Below are positions 1 to 12,258 of a DNA stretch of 64,000 bases, one piece after another (positions within the stretch are counted from its first letter, which is position 1; every line of letters begins with the position of its first letter). The DNA is from Octopus sinensis (taxonomy: Eukaryota): positions 51,894,001 through 51,958,000 of the forward strand of contig NC_042998.1 in the NCBI RefSeq assembly GCF_006345805.1, given 5' to 3'. The notes beneath the pieces are model-generated. The model saw only the letters and a list, made by a program, of their open reading frames with translations, was not told the DNA's origin and ran no database searches. A program made the translations under genes and the position numbers.

Positions 1-303
1 GTTGACCAAAGCCTTGTAAATGGATTTAGTAGCTGGAAACTGAAAGAAGCCCATTGTATATGTATATGTATGTGTGTGTGTGTGTGTGTGTTTGTGTGTG
101 TGTGTTTGTTCCCCATCATCGCTTGACAACTGATGGTGGTGTGTCTACGTCCCTGTAGCTTAGCGGATCAGCAAAAGTGACCGACAGAATAAGTACGAGG
201 CTTAGAAAGAATAAGTCCTGGGGTCAATTTGTTTGACTAAAAGGCGATGCTCCAGCATACCCACAGTCAAATGACTGAAACAAATAAACGAATAAAAGAA
301 AAG
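1..303 (+). mobile_element. SINE family A (tRNA/CORE-like, internal microsatellite), 3' part cut by window start
   Basis: Matches the 3' two-thirds of full copies at 42435 and 43692: gaaactgaaagaagccc-(TA/TG)n-cgcttgacaac...aataagtcctggggtc...gactgaaacaa. Confidence 0.85.
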
Positions 304-363
304 AATATATATATATATATCTATATATCTGTAAATTAACATGTTATATATCTGTAAATTAAC

Positions 364-494
364 ATTCAATAGCCAAGATAAAACTCTGAGTTTCGGATGC
401 CGAAGTAGAAATCCACAACACCATCTCTTTGGTTATCTGATAACCGAAGAGATGGTGTTGTGGATTTCTCAGAGTTTTATCTTGGCTATTGAAT
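364..494. repeat. Near-perfect palindrome, probable PLE pseudo-LTR remnant
   Basis: 407-437 is the reverse complement of 439-469 (1 mismatch, 1-nt spacer); 364-390 pairs with 468-494. Confidence 0.85.
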
Positions 495-586
495 AATGGT
501 AACATATTAATTTAAAGATAAATTTCCTCTATTTACATAATATTGAGGTCTCTTTCTTTCTTTTGTTATCTTACCGTTTTTACCAA

Positions 587-611
587 TATATATATATATA
601 TATATATAGAT

Positions 612-685
<74 letters not shown>

Positions 686-716
686 TGACAGACAGACAGA
701 TAGATAGATAGATAGT

Positions 717-786
<70 letters not shown>

Positions 787-806
787 TATACATATACATA
801 TACATT
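587..806. repeat. Compound (TA)n/(GATA)n/(GACA)n microsatellite
   Basis: Read directly. Similar TA, TG, CA and CATA tracts occur throughout the window (e.g. 9850-10180, 14315-14585, 35690-36095, 40680-40800). Confidence 0.98.
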
Positions 807-916
807 TAATGAATAATGAAACTTTCTGTTTATACCATTTTGATTATCCAGAATTCTGACTGCCTCCTTTTTCTCAATATGCAATATCTGTACACCACCT
901 CAAGCACTCTCTCTCT

Positions 917-1003
<87 letters not shown>

Positions 1004-1711
1004 CAGTGTGTGTGTATGTATGTTATTTGTGAACATATAAGTATAAATGAAATAAACGTATGAATGCTCAACTAATTAGCTGTTCCTGGATAAATGTTCA
1101 AGCGGATTGCCATCTATTTAGGTCAAGAATTATATAACATTCTCAAATTAGAAAAAAACTATTTCTTCAGTCTTAGGAATCTGGTAAAACAATCTCTAAA
1201 TGGTTTGTTTACAGTTCTTAAAATGTAATTATTATTTTTTTTCATTACTTGTTTATTTCTTTAACCATCCGTTCCTGTGGCTATAACAGAATTTCATATT
1301 GAATAACATTGTAATGCATTCTAATGCATTGTAGTTTTGTAATTTAGCTTAATTTGCTGTGTTGAAATAATCCCTGTGATTGTATAAAGAGACAGATGTG
1401 ATTTGTGAGTGTCAGTCCAAAATCGTATTAGCCCACAGGGGCACTATTTGTGTTGTTCATTTTGGGTTTGTTAGACTGGTGGAGAACCACTCTTCTTGTA
1501 TATATAAAACATACATACACATCTCACCTTGTGGAAGTCTAGAAGACAATCAAGCAATGGATAATGTAAGGTTAAGAACCTTCCATCCTGAATATAAGAA
1601 CCTTCTATCCTGACCACAACTTTGTCATTTTGGACTTCCATTAGCTGATACTTATAGGGGTCACTTACTCCTCCTGCAAACTGGGACATGTCACCTGGTG
1701 GAAGTCTAGAA

Positions 1712-1894
1712 CGGTGCGCTGTAACCTTTTTTCACACGCATTACACATATATTTTTCAAAATTTTGTGGCACACTTGAACTAGAAATATAACTGAAAATA
1801 TAAGGAAAAAATTATATTCATGTTATACTGTGGCACACCTAGCATCATTTCATGACATGCCAATGTGCTGCAGCGTACCGGTTCTGGAGTACTG
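1712..1894. mobile_element. hAT (Charlie-like) MITE
   Basis: 8-bp TSD GTCTAGAA at 1704-1711 and 1895-1902 (NTCTAGAN preference); degenerate CAGT/ACTG-type ends. Confidence 0.75.
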
Positions 1895-2289
1895 GTCTAG
1901 AAGACAACCAAGCAATGGATAACGTAAAGATCCAAGACTTCAGTTTTTTCAAAGCTTGTACCTGCTATATACCAGTGTCCACAATATAAAATTGGATTTT
2001 TATTATTGAGGTTTACTCCTCAAAGTAAGCATAAGGAAGACATAGGATTCTATTTCTATCCATGAACTGAAGATGGCAATGGTCTATCACGATGCTTCTT
2101 TTACTTGTTTCAGTCAGTAGACTGTGTCCATGCTGGAGCACTGCCTTGAAGAATTCTTAGTTGAATGAATTGATTCCAGTACTTGTTTCTTTTTTAAGCT
2201 TGGTTCTTATTCTATCGGTCTCATTTGTCAAACTGCTAACAGGGTATTTTTGCATGTGCCTGTGTGTGTGTGTGTACTATATTTGGAGT

Positions 2290-2456
2290 CAGCGCATGCA
2301 CAGATTTGTATGTTTTGTTTTATACATGTGCTTTCATACATATAATTGCATGTCTAGACAGGTGCATATATACTTAAATGCTAAACCTCTGGAAAGTTTT
2401 ACAAATTTTTACTGTTCCATTGATGGCTTGGCTCTGTAATCTTCGAATCAGGTTTC
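2290..2456 (-). mobile_element. 3' end of an RLE-type non-LTR retrotransposon
   Basis: Minus strand reads RNLIRRLQSQAINGTVKICKTFQRFSI*, resembling RLE LINE C-termini, followed by a short 3' UTR. Confidence 0.55.
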
Positions 2457-2531
2457 TCCTTTCCAGACAGCTTTTATTACATCCTAAACTAGAAATCTGC
2501 CTCCCTCGAATTGTTAAAAGGGTTATTTCAT

Positions 2532-3080
2532 TGACAGAATAACTGTCTTACCATACAAGAGAGGCAGATCTCTAGTTTGGGATGTGATGTGTAGTGACAT
2601 GTTCTCTGGCTCCAACCTTGCAGCATCTGCTCCAAATCCAGGTGTCACCACCTGTAACACAGAAGAAAGCAAAATCAATGAATACAGGAGCCTGGCCAGC
2701 TGCTATCAGTTTTTGCTGGTCACTATTGAGATGTCAGGTGTTCTAGGGCCCTTTACCACTGATTTCCTCTGCTAAATAAGGATAACAGCAGCCTGCTGGA
2801 GAAATGAGCCCTTTAAGGTGGAATGGCTGCTGCAGTGAGTGCCACTGGCCATTCTCTGTGGCAACACCATTGTGGTCATGACTGCAGAGTGTGGCTGAGC
2901 ACACCATTAGTTCCAGGGAATGTGACCCATTGTTCCCTCCCCCTCCCTCTTCCACTTCTTTATTCCCGCCCACACACCTTTCTTCCTTTCCTTCCTCTTC
3001 TTCCTTATCTTCCTCTTCTTCCTTCTCTTTCTTCTTTTCTATTTCTTTGTATTTAAATGTTTAAATGTTCTAATAAAATT
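2532..3080 (+). mobile_element. CRE-like non-LTR retrotransposon fossil (restriction-like endonuclease C-terminus and 3' UTR)
   Basis: DRITVLPYKRGRSLVWDVMCSD...EESKINEYRSLASCYQFLLVTIEMSGVLGP...EWLLQ*VPLAILCGN fits the CRE RLE pattern; stops present. Confidence 0.8.
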
Positions 3081-3369
3081 CAAACATTTTAACTGCTGCA
3101 TTAGAAAAAACAACAAAATAATCTTTTATTGCAGATTTTAATACTCCTCACTCTGAACTATCAAAACACTTGTCAATTACACAGTATTCCTTCTGATTGC
3201 TGAATACTGTATGACTCATAATATTTTTTTTACAACTAAAATTGAGTTGAATATTTTGACCATGAACTCAGTGCAGTGCCAGGTCAGCTGTAACTATTGG
3301 GATGTGATCTGCACAGTTTAAACTTACTTAATATGTCTCATAATAACTGGCAATTGATCAGATCAATTA

Positions 3370-3594
3370 CTTTTTACTTGTTTCAGTCATATGACTGCGG
3401 CCATGCTGGAGCACTGCCTTTAGTCGAGCAAATTGACCCCAGTACTTATTCTTTGTAAGCCTAGTACTTATTCTATCGGTCTCTTTTGCTGAACCGCTAG
3501 GTTACAGGGATGTAAACACACCAGCATCAGTTGTCAAGTGATGTTGGGGGGACAAACACAGACACACAAACGTATACACACACACATACATATA

Positions 3595-3632
<38 letters not shown>

Positions 3633-3798
3633 TGCAGCGTGGAAGGTGTTTATAAGCCATTTAAGAAACACACAAAAGCCGTTCGATTCACTTCAGCATT
3701 TAAGTTTAATTTGTCAAAATATTTTTGTCACTAAAATCCGCGACCTGTTCACTGACAAAAATCCATGCTGCATCACTTGCTATGCGAGTACATCTCCG

Positions 3799-3833
<35 letters not shown>

Positions 3834-3895
3834 CGACGAGCTTCTTTCAGTTTCCATCTACCAAATCCACTTTCCACACAGCCACTCCTATGCCT
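3370..3895 (-). mobile_element. SINE family A with a ~170-bp insert (3630-3800) in its internal (TA)n
   Basis: Reverse complement of the family A consensus; the insert is flanked by (TA)n on both sides. Confidence 0.85.
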
Positions 3896-3959
3896 AAAGA
3901 CAAAAAAAATTATTTCATTACACTGTGTTATTTATGTATTTGGATCATTCAATTTATAA

Positions 3960-4270
3960 TTTTTAACAGTGTTACTTGTATAATTTCTGTTACTTGTATG
4001 ATTTGGGAGCATCAGCTCAGTCTGTTTGGTCATGTTGCTCAGTTTTCCAAGCTGGGGTCCTGCTTGTCATGCTCTCTTCTCTAAGGATCTGGCTGGGTGA
4101 TAACTTGTAGTTGCTGGTCACATACACCATGGTCATAGCTTATGAAGAAGTATCTTGCAGAGATGGGGACTGATTAAGACACTACTTTGTATTTAAATGT
4201 TTGCCTGGGATGACCTGAGAAAATACTGACAAATAGTGGATGCAACAACAGGCTGAAATAGTGTGTGCAT
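3960..4270 (+). mobile_element. RTE-clade LINE C-terminal fossil
   Basis: IWEHQLSLFGHVAQF resembles the RTE 'R.L.W.GHV.R' motif. Confidence 0.5.
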
Positions 4271-4309
4271 CCATACCTGACCTGTTTGTTGCATAGATAT
4301 GAAAAAGAG

Positions 4310-4343
<34 letters not shown>

Positions 4344-4690
4344 GTTTAATGTCCATCTTCCATGCATGCATAGTTGACAGGAGCTGGCCAAGTAGAAGAT
4401 TATCCCAGGCTATTGTGTCTTTTGCCAGAGTTTTTATGGCTGGATGCCCTTCTTAACACCAACCACACTGCAGAGTGGACCGAGTGCCTTTTGTCTTTTG
4501 CCAGAGTTTTTATGGCTGGATGCCCTTCTTAACACCAACCACACTGCAGAGTGGACCGAGTGCCTTTTGTGTAGCACTAGCACAGATGAGATCAGTTTTG
4601 GCATGATTTTACATGCCAACCACTTTACAGTGAGGACTGGATGCTTTTTACGTGGCACCAGCACTGGCAGGGTCACCAAGTAACTTGCAA
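4310..4690 (-). mobile_element. (GAT)n-tailed RTE-related short repeat (family R)
   Basis: Core tggttggcgttaggaagggcatccagc...catggaaagcggacgttaaacgatgatgat. Other copies near 6427+, 12275+, 14650+, 17581+, 30885-, 33665+, 37820+, 38590-, 40310+, 50130+. This copy carries a ~76-bp tandem duplication (about 4415-4565). Confidence 0.8.
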
Positions 4691-4834
4691 GACAAGGAAT
4701 AGAAATATAAAACAACAAGAGTCCAAAGGGACTTATACTGAGTGCCTTTATTTTAAGTGTGCTTTACATTCTCTTTTTACGTATACCACCCCTACTTGGT
4801 TAAATCTTTTTGTGACAATAATCACAATAAAATA

Positions 4835-5395
4835 CACTATGTGTGTCAAGACTTAGTGCTAGTCAAGCATATTTGGTCTTTCATGAAAATCCCGCTCTCT
4901 TGTCATTCACTTGGTCTAACTCGTTAATTTTTCCCTACATTTCTAAAATCAAAAAAGTGTGCATGTCTGAAAGCCAAAACACATGATAACTTGTCTTCAC
5001 AAAACACAAAAATGCACTGAGTCATACAGACTGTCTACAAATGTGCATGCGCATTCAATTGTTGGGCATAAGGGGTCGGTTTATCGATTTTTTAAATGTC
5101 TCTATGAGGTGACTGGGGAAATGAAAAGATCTTCATGACCACCCTCAGACAGTTTTAAAACCCCATAGAAAATGCGAGCCTTTTTGCGACATTTTGCCAT
5201 TTATAGATTGTTGTGTGGACGCTCCCAAACGATGAAGTAGGCTAGCCCAATACGTAGATATAGAGGGAGGAGTCTAGATGTCAAGGATTTGAGTAGAGGT
5301 CGTCCGAACGTGCGATATAACAGTGGCGACGAGGATTTCGTAGCTCACACAGCCACTGTGTAGTATTGTGATATAACATAGATATAGAGATGATA
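4835..5395 (-). mobile_element. Possible non-autonomous Helitron-like element
   Basis: Minus strand starts ATCTCTATATCT; a degenerate cactatg...cttagtgctagt palindrome with CTAG lies at the other end. Weak evidence. Confidence 0.3.
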
Positions 5396-6179
5396 TACAA
5401 GCAGTGACTATTCTAGATTTCATTCAGACATAATATATTCAGGACTATTTAATCCAATATTTTTTCCTCCTTTATGTGATTTGAGGGAGATTTAAATGTT
5501 ATCTTTTCTGTGTTGACTAAACACACAGTATTTCTCCCTGGATTGAAAAATAACTGTCTCTGTATGAGGCATGGCTAGTTCATTTGTGACAAATTATTGT
5601 AATGTCCAACTCAGTGGAAATTTTAATTCTCTGTGACCAATTTATCATTTGTTACTGCTTGTGAATAAATGATCTCAAGTTATTTGTAACCAACTGGTAG
5701 ACTGGTTTCCAGCTTTTAAGTATCTTGGCCTTAATAGACATGATTACATAGCGACATCAATTATATCTGAAAATTCTAAGCAGTGGGCTTCATATCAGAG
5801 GAAATGGCTGCAATTCTCTTATTTTCTCTCTTAGAAATATCTGGTTCTTTTTTCTCCTTATTGATAACATCTGGTTGGCAAGCTTTACATATCTCTAATT
5901 GAGCAGAAATGTCTCTTGACAGTCAGTCAGACATTCAGTATGGATCCATAAGCATATCAGATTTAATGTCATGTCATAACAATTAAAAAATAAAAAAGAA
6001 AAACCTGATCCCGAAGAGTTAGCAAAATCTCTTGAGATTAGTAACACTATTGGTGATGGATGTTGCTGTTTAGCCCCAGGCAGGCCTGATTAGGTAAACC
6101 CATGATCAAAGTTATTTTAGTCATGATCATCTTGTCTTTTTTTTCACATATACAACTATATTATAATGTTTTTAATTTT

Positions 6180-6425
6180 TTCTTTTCTACTCTAGGCACA
6201 AGGCCCGAAGTTTTTTGGGAAAGGGGTCAGTCGATTAGATCGACCCCAGTACACAACTGGTACTTAATTTATCGGCCATTGAAAGGATGAAAGGCAAAGT
6301 TGACCTCGGCAGAATTTGAACTCAGAATGTAAAGACAGACGAAATACCTTTTTCTATTTCTTTACTACCCACAAGGTGCTAAGCTCAGAGAGGACAAACA
6401 AGGACAGACAAATGGATTAAGTAGA
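6180..6425 (-). mobile_element. SINE family B (tRNA head with Deu/Nin-like domain)
   Basis: gagttcaaattc B-box followed by gactttgcctttcatcctttc...taagtaccagt. Other copies near 18510-, 21460+, 26155+, 27405-, 27700-, 39205-, 41835-42430+ (three), 44340+, 52567+, 60318+. Confidence 0.8.
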
Positions 6426-6682
6426 TTAGCACCCACTACACTCTCGGAGTGGTTGGCGTTAGGAAGGGCATCCAGCTGTAGAAACACTGCTAGATCAGAC
6501 TGGGCCTGGCGCAGCCTTCTGGCTTCCCAGACCCCAGTTGAACCGTCCAACCCATGCTAGCATGGAAAATGGACGTTAAACGATGATGATAATGTCTAGT
6601 TGGAAATATATATATATATACATACAAACACATACATATATATATATATTTATATATACATACACACATATATATATGTATA

Positions 6683-6734
<52 letters not shown>

Positions 6735-6779
6735 TACACACATACATATATAAATACACACACAACACACACACATATG

Positions 6780-6990
6780 TATTCTTGCCATGTTGGACTG
6801 TTAAACTCTGCACATTTTTTCTCTCCTTTTTTTTAATTCTCTCTCCATTTTTTCCCCTCTTAATCCTTTCTGTCAAAGAGTGTAGGCTTGAAACAAAAAA
6901 CTTTTACGTTTTTCCCAAGCATTATACTAATACACCAGCTTGTTGTTCCTACATTTGTTTCCATCTTTCATTTTCTGTAAATTTGCCAAC
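6780..6990 (+). mobile_element. PLE-derived short repeat beside (TA)n; second copy 10790-10985 on minus strand
   Basis: Both copies share ctttctgt..aagagygtaggcttgaaa (degenerate HHR-like motif) and atactaataca...tgttgt. Confidence 0.5.
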
Positions 6991-8252
6991 AGATGTTATT
7001 TGGTAGCAGGGCATGCTAGAAATAACAGCCAAATCTTTGGAGGTGAGATATGTTGAATGTACTTGAAAGAAAGCTATGGAAAAAACTATTTCACTCCGAG
7101 GTAACAAAAGGGACTTTTACAAAGTATTTACTGTATTTCTAAAGTCATTTTTACTTAAAAATATTTTACCCATCATAATGTGTCTCATGGAAAGGTTAGA
7201 ATTTCTTCCCTTTCAGGGTTAACTTGTTTTCGGAGTATTTTCCCATTATGCACCATTTTGGGTATTTATACCCCCAAACCCCAAATATCTCAATAACCAC
7301 TGGTCTGATTTATGTGAAGCTTGTTTTATTCTGTTTGTATTCATATTTCAGGGGCAGTTAACTTTCACGGCATTTTCCTGTTATGCACCAGTTTGGGTGT
7401 GTAACATTGCAAGCAAGTAAGATTGAATTTCATTTTTAACATATTATATATATTATATATTATATATAGTGGGTTTTTGGAGTATATATTGAGGTTTATA
7501 TGTATGTATAGGTATGTGTGAGTGAGGTGGGTATTTGTATATGTCATGGGTGTGTGGTTTACGTGTGTGTATTTGTGTGTGAATGTTTAGGTTTAGGGGG
7601 ATTGCTATATAGGTATGTTATAGAGTTTAGTAAAGGGAGATTTTATCATTATATGTTTTTATGAGTTTTAGTTTATCATGGTAGTTTTATTAAAGAATTC
7701 GTAGTAATTTATGTCTATTTACGATGTCTGTTATTTTATTACATTATTTCATTCATAATTTTTAAGTAATGTTCGTTTTACCAAGTGAATATAATTTTTA
7801 ATTCCATTTATTCCATTTCTCCATTCGTAATTTTAAATGATGTTCGTTTCTAGAGCGGGAATGTGGGTTGTATGTGTGTGTGAGGGAGTATGAATAAGTA
7901 TTGTGTTGAAGTATTTGGCTATTTTATTTATTTATCGTTGCCTAGACGTTTTTATGTGTATGTATAGGGATATATATATAGGTGTGTGATTTAGTGTATG
8001 TATTTAGATATGGTTATATATAATTAGTTATATGTGTATGGGTGTATATATAGTTTATTTTTTGTTTTGTTTTGTTTTATATTTAATTGTTGATAGGTTT
8101 ATTTTAGTTTATATATTGTTTATATATTGATTATATATGGATTATATATAGGTTATATATAGATTATATATTTATATTTTTTCATTAATACTTTAATTAT
8201 TTTAAAATTATTATTTTTATATTTTAAAATATTGATATTTTAGATTGGAAGT

Positions 8253-8295
8253 CCACCTGAAGATTGTCGATCAGGACAAGAAACAATTGTAGTGG
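8253..8295 (+). ncRNA. Minimal type I hammerhead ribozyme (PLE-type)
   Basis: CCAC-CUGAAGA-UUGUC-gaucag-GACAA-GAAA-CAAUUG-UA-GUGG: full core, stems I and II, palindromic stem III, GUA triplet. Confidence 0.85.
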
Positions 8296-8579
8296 CGGTT
8301 TTTTTGACTTTTTATTAAAATTTTATGTATTGATTAAGTCTTTCCTTGTTTGTTTTGCAAAATAGTGGTTTTGTCTCTAATAATATTATATATATATATA
8401 TATATATACGAATGTATTGTTGATGTGACAGGAATATTTACATATTATTCTTTTTATATAGCTTTATATGCCTCAGAGATCCATTGTTCCCAAAACATAA
8501 TTGTGTGTTTGTGTGTATGTGCTTGTGTGCACATACGCATGTATGCACGTGTGTGTGTGTGTGTGTATATATGTATGCA

Positions 8580-8790
8580 TGATGAGGTGCTGAAAAGTTC
8601 CTGGCTTTAAGGATATTGCACAAGGTTGGTTGGAGGCCTAAACTTCTGAGTTCATTTACAGGGTTTAGAAGAACTGAAGGACTGCTGCAATAAGTGTGTA
8701 AATTTGAGAGGGGAATATATTGGATAAAATCATAATCAATTTATCCTCTTGTACTTTATTTTACCCTAAGCCAGGAACTTTTCAGCATCT
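8580..8790. mobile_element. Mariner-type MITE
   Basis: TIRs gtgctgaaaagttcctggctt / aagccaggaacttttcagca; same family at 23992-24213 and 34235-34454. Confidence 0.8.
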
Positions 8791-8896
8791 ATCACATATA
8801 TATGTGTTTGTGTGAGTGTGTATGTGTTATATATATATATAGACATATATATATACATATGTATATATATGTGTGCATATATATATAATATATATA

Positions 8897-8931
<35 letters not shown>

Positions 8932-9851
8932 GTAAATGTAAAAAATACAAACTGGGACAAGAACGTAAAACATTTAGAAGACGATACAAAAACATGGACG
9001 GGACATTCGAAGCCTTCAATCTTCAGTCAAGAACCGGATCATCTTTGCAATTTCGGCTGATTAATCTTGAGATTGCTCTGATCTGGCCAGCCCCAAAGGA
9101 AAATCTAAGCCAAGCGCATTAGATTCCTTGGAAGAAAGCCTCGAATGTATACAAAACAAGGACGGAGAACCGGACGATGTTACACGAATAAAAATACAAA
9201 AATACGTAAAAACAATAATGATAACACGAATAAGAATACAAAAATACGTAAAAACAATAATGATAATAATAATAACAACAAAAACAGGACGTCACAAACA
9301 AGCGTCTTTTCGACAGGATGAGTAAATTTTTGAGCTGGCGTTAGAAAAAAGCCTTAGGGCTATATATATATACATATACATACATATATGAAAGGAAATA
9401 AATTCATCTTGAAGGCTGCCCTTGTAAGTAAACAGTGTACCCCAGACAGCTTTATGCAATTTATAGGTTCCCTCATTAGTTCATTGATTTTCCAGTTTTC
9501 AGAACATTTGGCATTATCAGATTAAGAGAAACACAGTTATAATAGAGGTTAGTTTTATGGTTAACAAATCTGGAATCTTAATTCCGTTCTTGAATTATGT
9601 CATTTCACTTCATTTCCACAAATATTGCCAATGAGTTAACCATGAATGTCTCATAACCTTATAAAAATATTGCCATTGAGCATTCCATATCTATATGTAT
9701 ATATGTATATATATATATATATGTTTGTTGAAATGGAAAGATGAATTATCTTGTTACGGATTATTCAAAAGTTTAACCGATACATGTGTAGAATGTAATA
9801 AAAGGAATTCTGTAGAATTTTCGTTGAGCTCCATTTCTTCCATTCACTAAT

Positions 9852-9940
<89 letters not shown>

Positions 9941-9993
9941 CTGTGTGTGTGTGTGTGTATATATATGTGTGTGTGTGTGTGCTTGTGTATATA

Positions 9994-10037
<44 letters not shown>

Positions 10038-10537
10038 TGCGTGTGTGTGTGTATATATATATACATATATACATACATACATACATATTATATATATATA
10101 TGGAGAGAGAGAGAGAGATAAATAGATAGATAGATAGATACATATATACATAGATACATACATACATATATATATATTATAACCATATGTCCATCATCCG
10201 CACCATTATTATTTTTTATGTTTATGCATGAAATCAATTTTATGTTTGCTGAGCAAATATTCCGTAGCATAGTTGTGGTCACATTGCTGGTTTTGTTAGT
10301 ATTAATGTTGTCAAGTTGTCCCAGAAAAATATGAGGGATTCTCTGTCTTTGATGCCCATTAGTGTAGTTGTCTGGAAGTGGTTTGGACTTTTGCTTATGT
10401 TTTTGTTGATTACATAACGTTAAATTCATAATTTACACATGCATGCACAAACACACAAACACTCAGATATATATATGTGTGTGTATGTGTGTGTGTATTC
10501 ATATATGTGTATATGTGTATATATATGCATGTGTGTG

Positions 10538-10584
<47 letters not shown>

Positions 10585-10692
10585 TGAGATAGGGGTTGCA
10601 AATTCAACCCTCCATGGGATAACAAAGTATGTGATTGGGTATTATCTGGTAGTTGATAAATGATTTAGATGTATTTCTCCATTTTCTTATTT

Positions 10693-10740
<48 letters not shown>

Positions 10741-11029
10741 AATGTATGAATATACATGTGTGTATATATATATGTATATATGTGTGAAATATATAGGGAG
10801 AATACATAAAAAACAAAAGACGAAGACAAGTGGTGTAGACAGCAAACAGATGTATTAGTATAACACTCGAGAAGTGAAAAAGTCTTTAACATTTCAAGCC
10901 TACGCTCTTCCACAGAAAGGAACATAGAAAGAAACAAGGAGAGAAAATAAAGAATGTGTCGTGGCTAGCGATCTATTACGCGTGTGTGTGTGAGTGCATG
11001 TGTGTATGTATATATATATACATATGTAT

Positions 11030-11447
11030 TCTTTTATTTGTTTCAGTCATTTGGCTGTGGCCATGCTGGAGTGCTGCCTTTAGTTGATCAAATCGACCTC
11101 AAGACTTATTCTTTGTAAGCCTAGTACTTATTCTATAAGTCTCTTTTTCTGAACCACTAAGTTACGGGGATGTAAACACACCAACATCAGTTGTCAAGCA
11201 ATGGTGGGGGGGGACAAACAAAGGCACATACATAAATTTACACACACACATACACAAATTCACAAATGCACGCACACACACACATATTATACAACGGGCT
11301 TCTTTCAGTTTCTCTCTACCAAATCCACTCTCAAGGCTTTGGTTGGCCAGAGGCTATAGTAGAAGACCCTTGTCTAAGGTGCCACACAGCAGAACTGAAT
11401 CTAGAACCATGTGGTTGGTAAGCAAGATACTTACCACACTGTCACTC
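11030..11447 (-). mobile_element. SINE family A, near full length
   Basis: Consensus match; further minus-strand copies near 2095, 13165-13585, 14095, 32330, 32520, 50870. Confidence 0.85.
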
Positions 11448-11449
11448 AT

Positions 11450-12258
11450 TTTAACAAATATACTTACCAAAATTACATAAAAATATCTTGAAATACTAAA
11501 GAGTAAATTTATTCAGTAAAATCGCCATTGGCTTCAACCACAGCCTCCAGATGACTTCAGAAAATCCTGCAACTCTTCTGGACGGTCACCTTGTTTAAGC
11601 TGTTGAATGCTGCCATAATCCTTGCCTTTAGTCCATCTTTGATGTTACAAGGAGTTTTGTTGGTCTCTTGCTCAACTGCACCCCTCACACAATAATCAAG
11701 GCGGTTGCAGTCTGGGGAGTTAGGTGGCCACATGTTAGGGGAGGGGTGATGTGTTGCAGAAATTGCCTGACAGCCATGACTGGGTTCTCCTGCTTGTGTG
11801 GCATGGTGCAGAGTTCTGTTGCCAGACAAAGGGTATTCCGGCAACCACCCTCTTGACCCAGGGAAGCACTGCCTTCTCCAGGCACTTGATGTAGGCTCCG
11901 TGTTGTGTCTGAGGCCATGTGGGAAGTTAAATGGAGGAATAACGTCACCATCACTAAAAACACCATGATGTTTGAATTTTATCACTCTTGGTACATGTCC
12001 TCAGACTGCACTGTGCTCAGATTGACAACCAAACACTCTGAGATGTATATATTGGAGTTTCCAGTGTGAATGCCAAACAGTACAGCAAGTCGTTTCCAAA
12101 TTTCTGGCAGTGTGAATTGCTTCATAGTGCTGTTTGTCTCACAGACAGTGCCCAACTGACCCAACCATACTATGTAGTCAACAAATTCAGAAACAAACAA
12201 TGCGCATGCACAAAATTAAAAACATAAAATGGAGACAATTTACCCATCGCACCCTGTA
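11450..12258 (-). mobile_element. Tc1/mariner DD37D (maT-like) transposon, internally deleted and frameshifted
   Basis: NMWPPNSPDCNRLDYCVRGAVEQETNK motif; 5' TIR cagggtgcgatgggtaaattgtc next to TA. Confidence 0.85.

Noticed and set aside
1249-1280. Possible 32-nt minus-strand exon (PQERMVKEIN)
   Set aside because: AG/GT boundaries exist, but the pyrimidine tract is weak, the phase does not follow 48129, and there is no other support.
507-10816. Many YI/HT/CV/LSIY-rich ORFs (and similar ones window-wide)
   Set aside because: They are translations of (TA)n, (CA)n and (GATA)n microsatellites, with no domain content.
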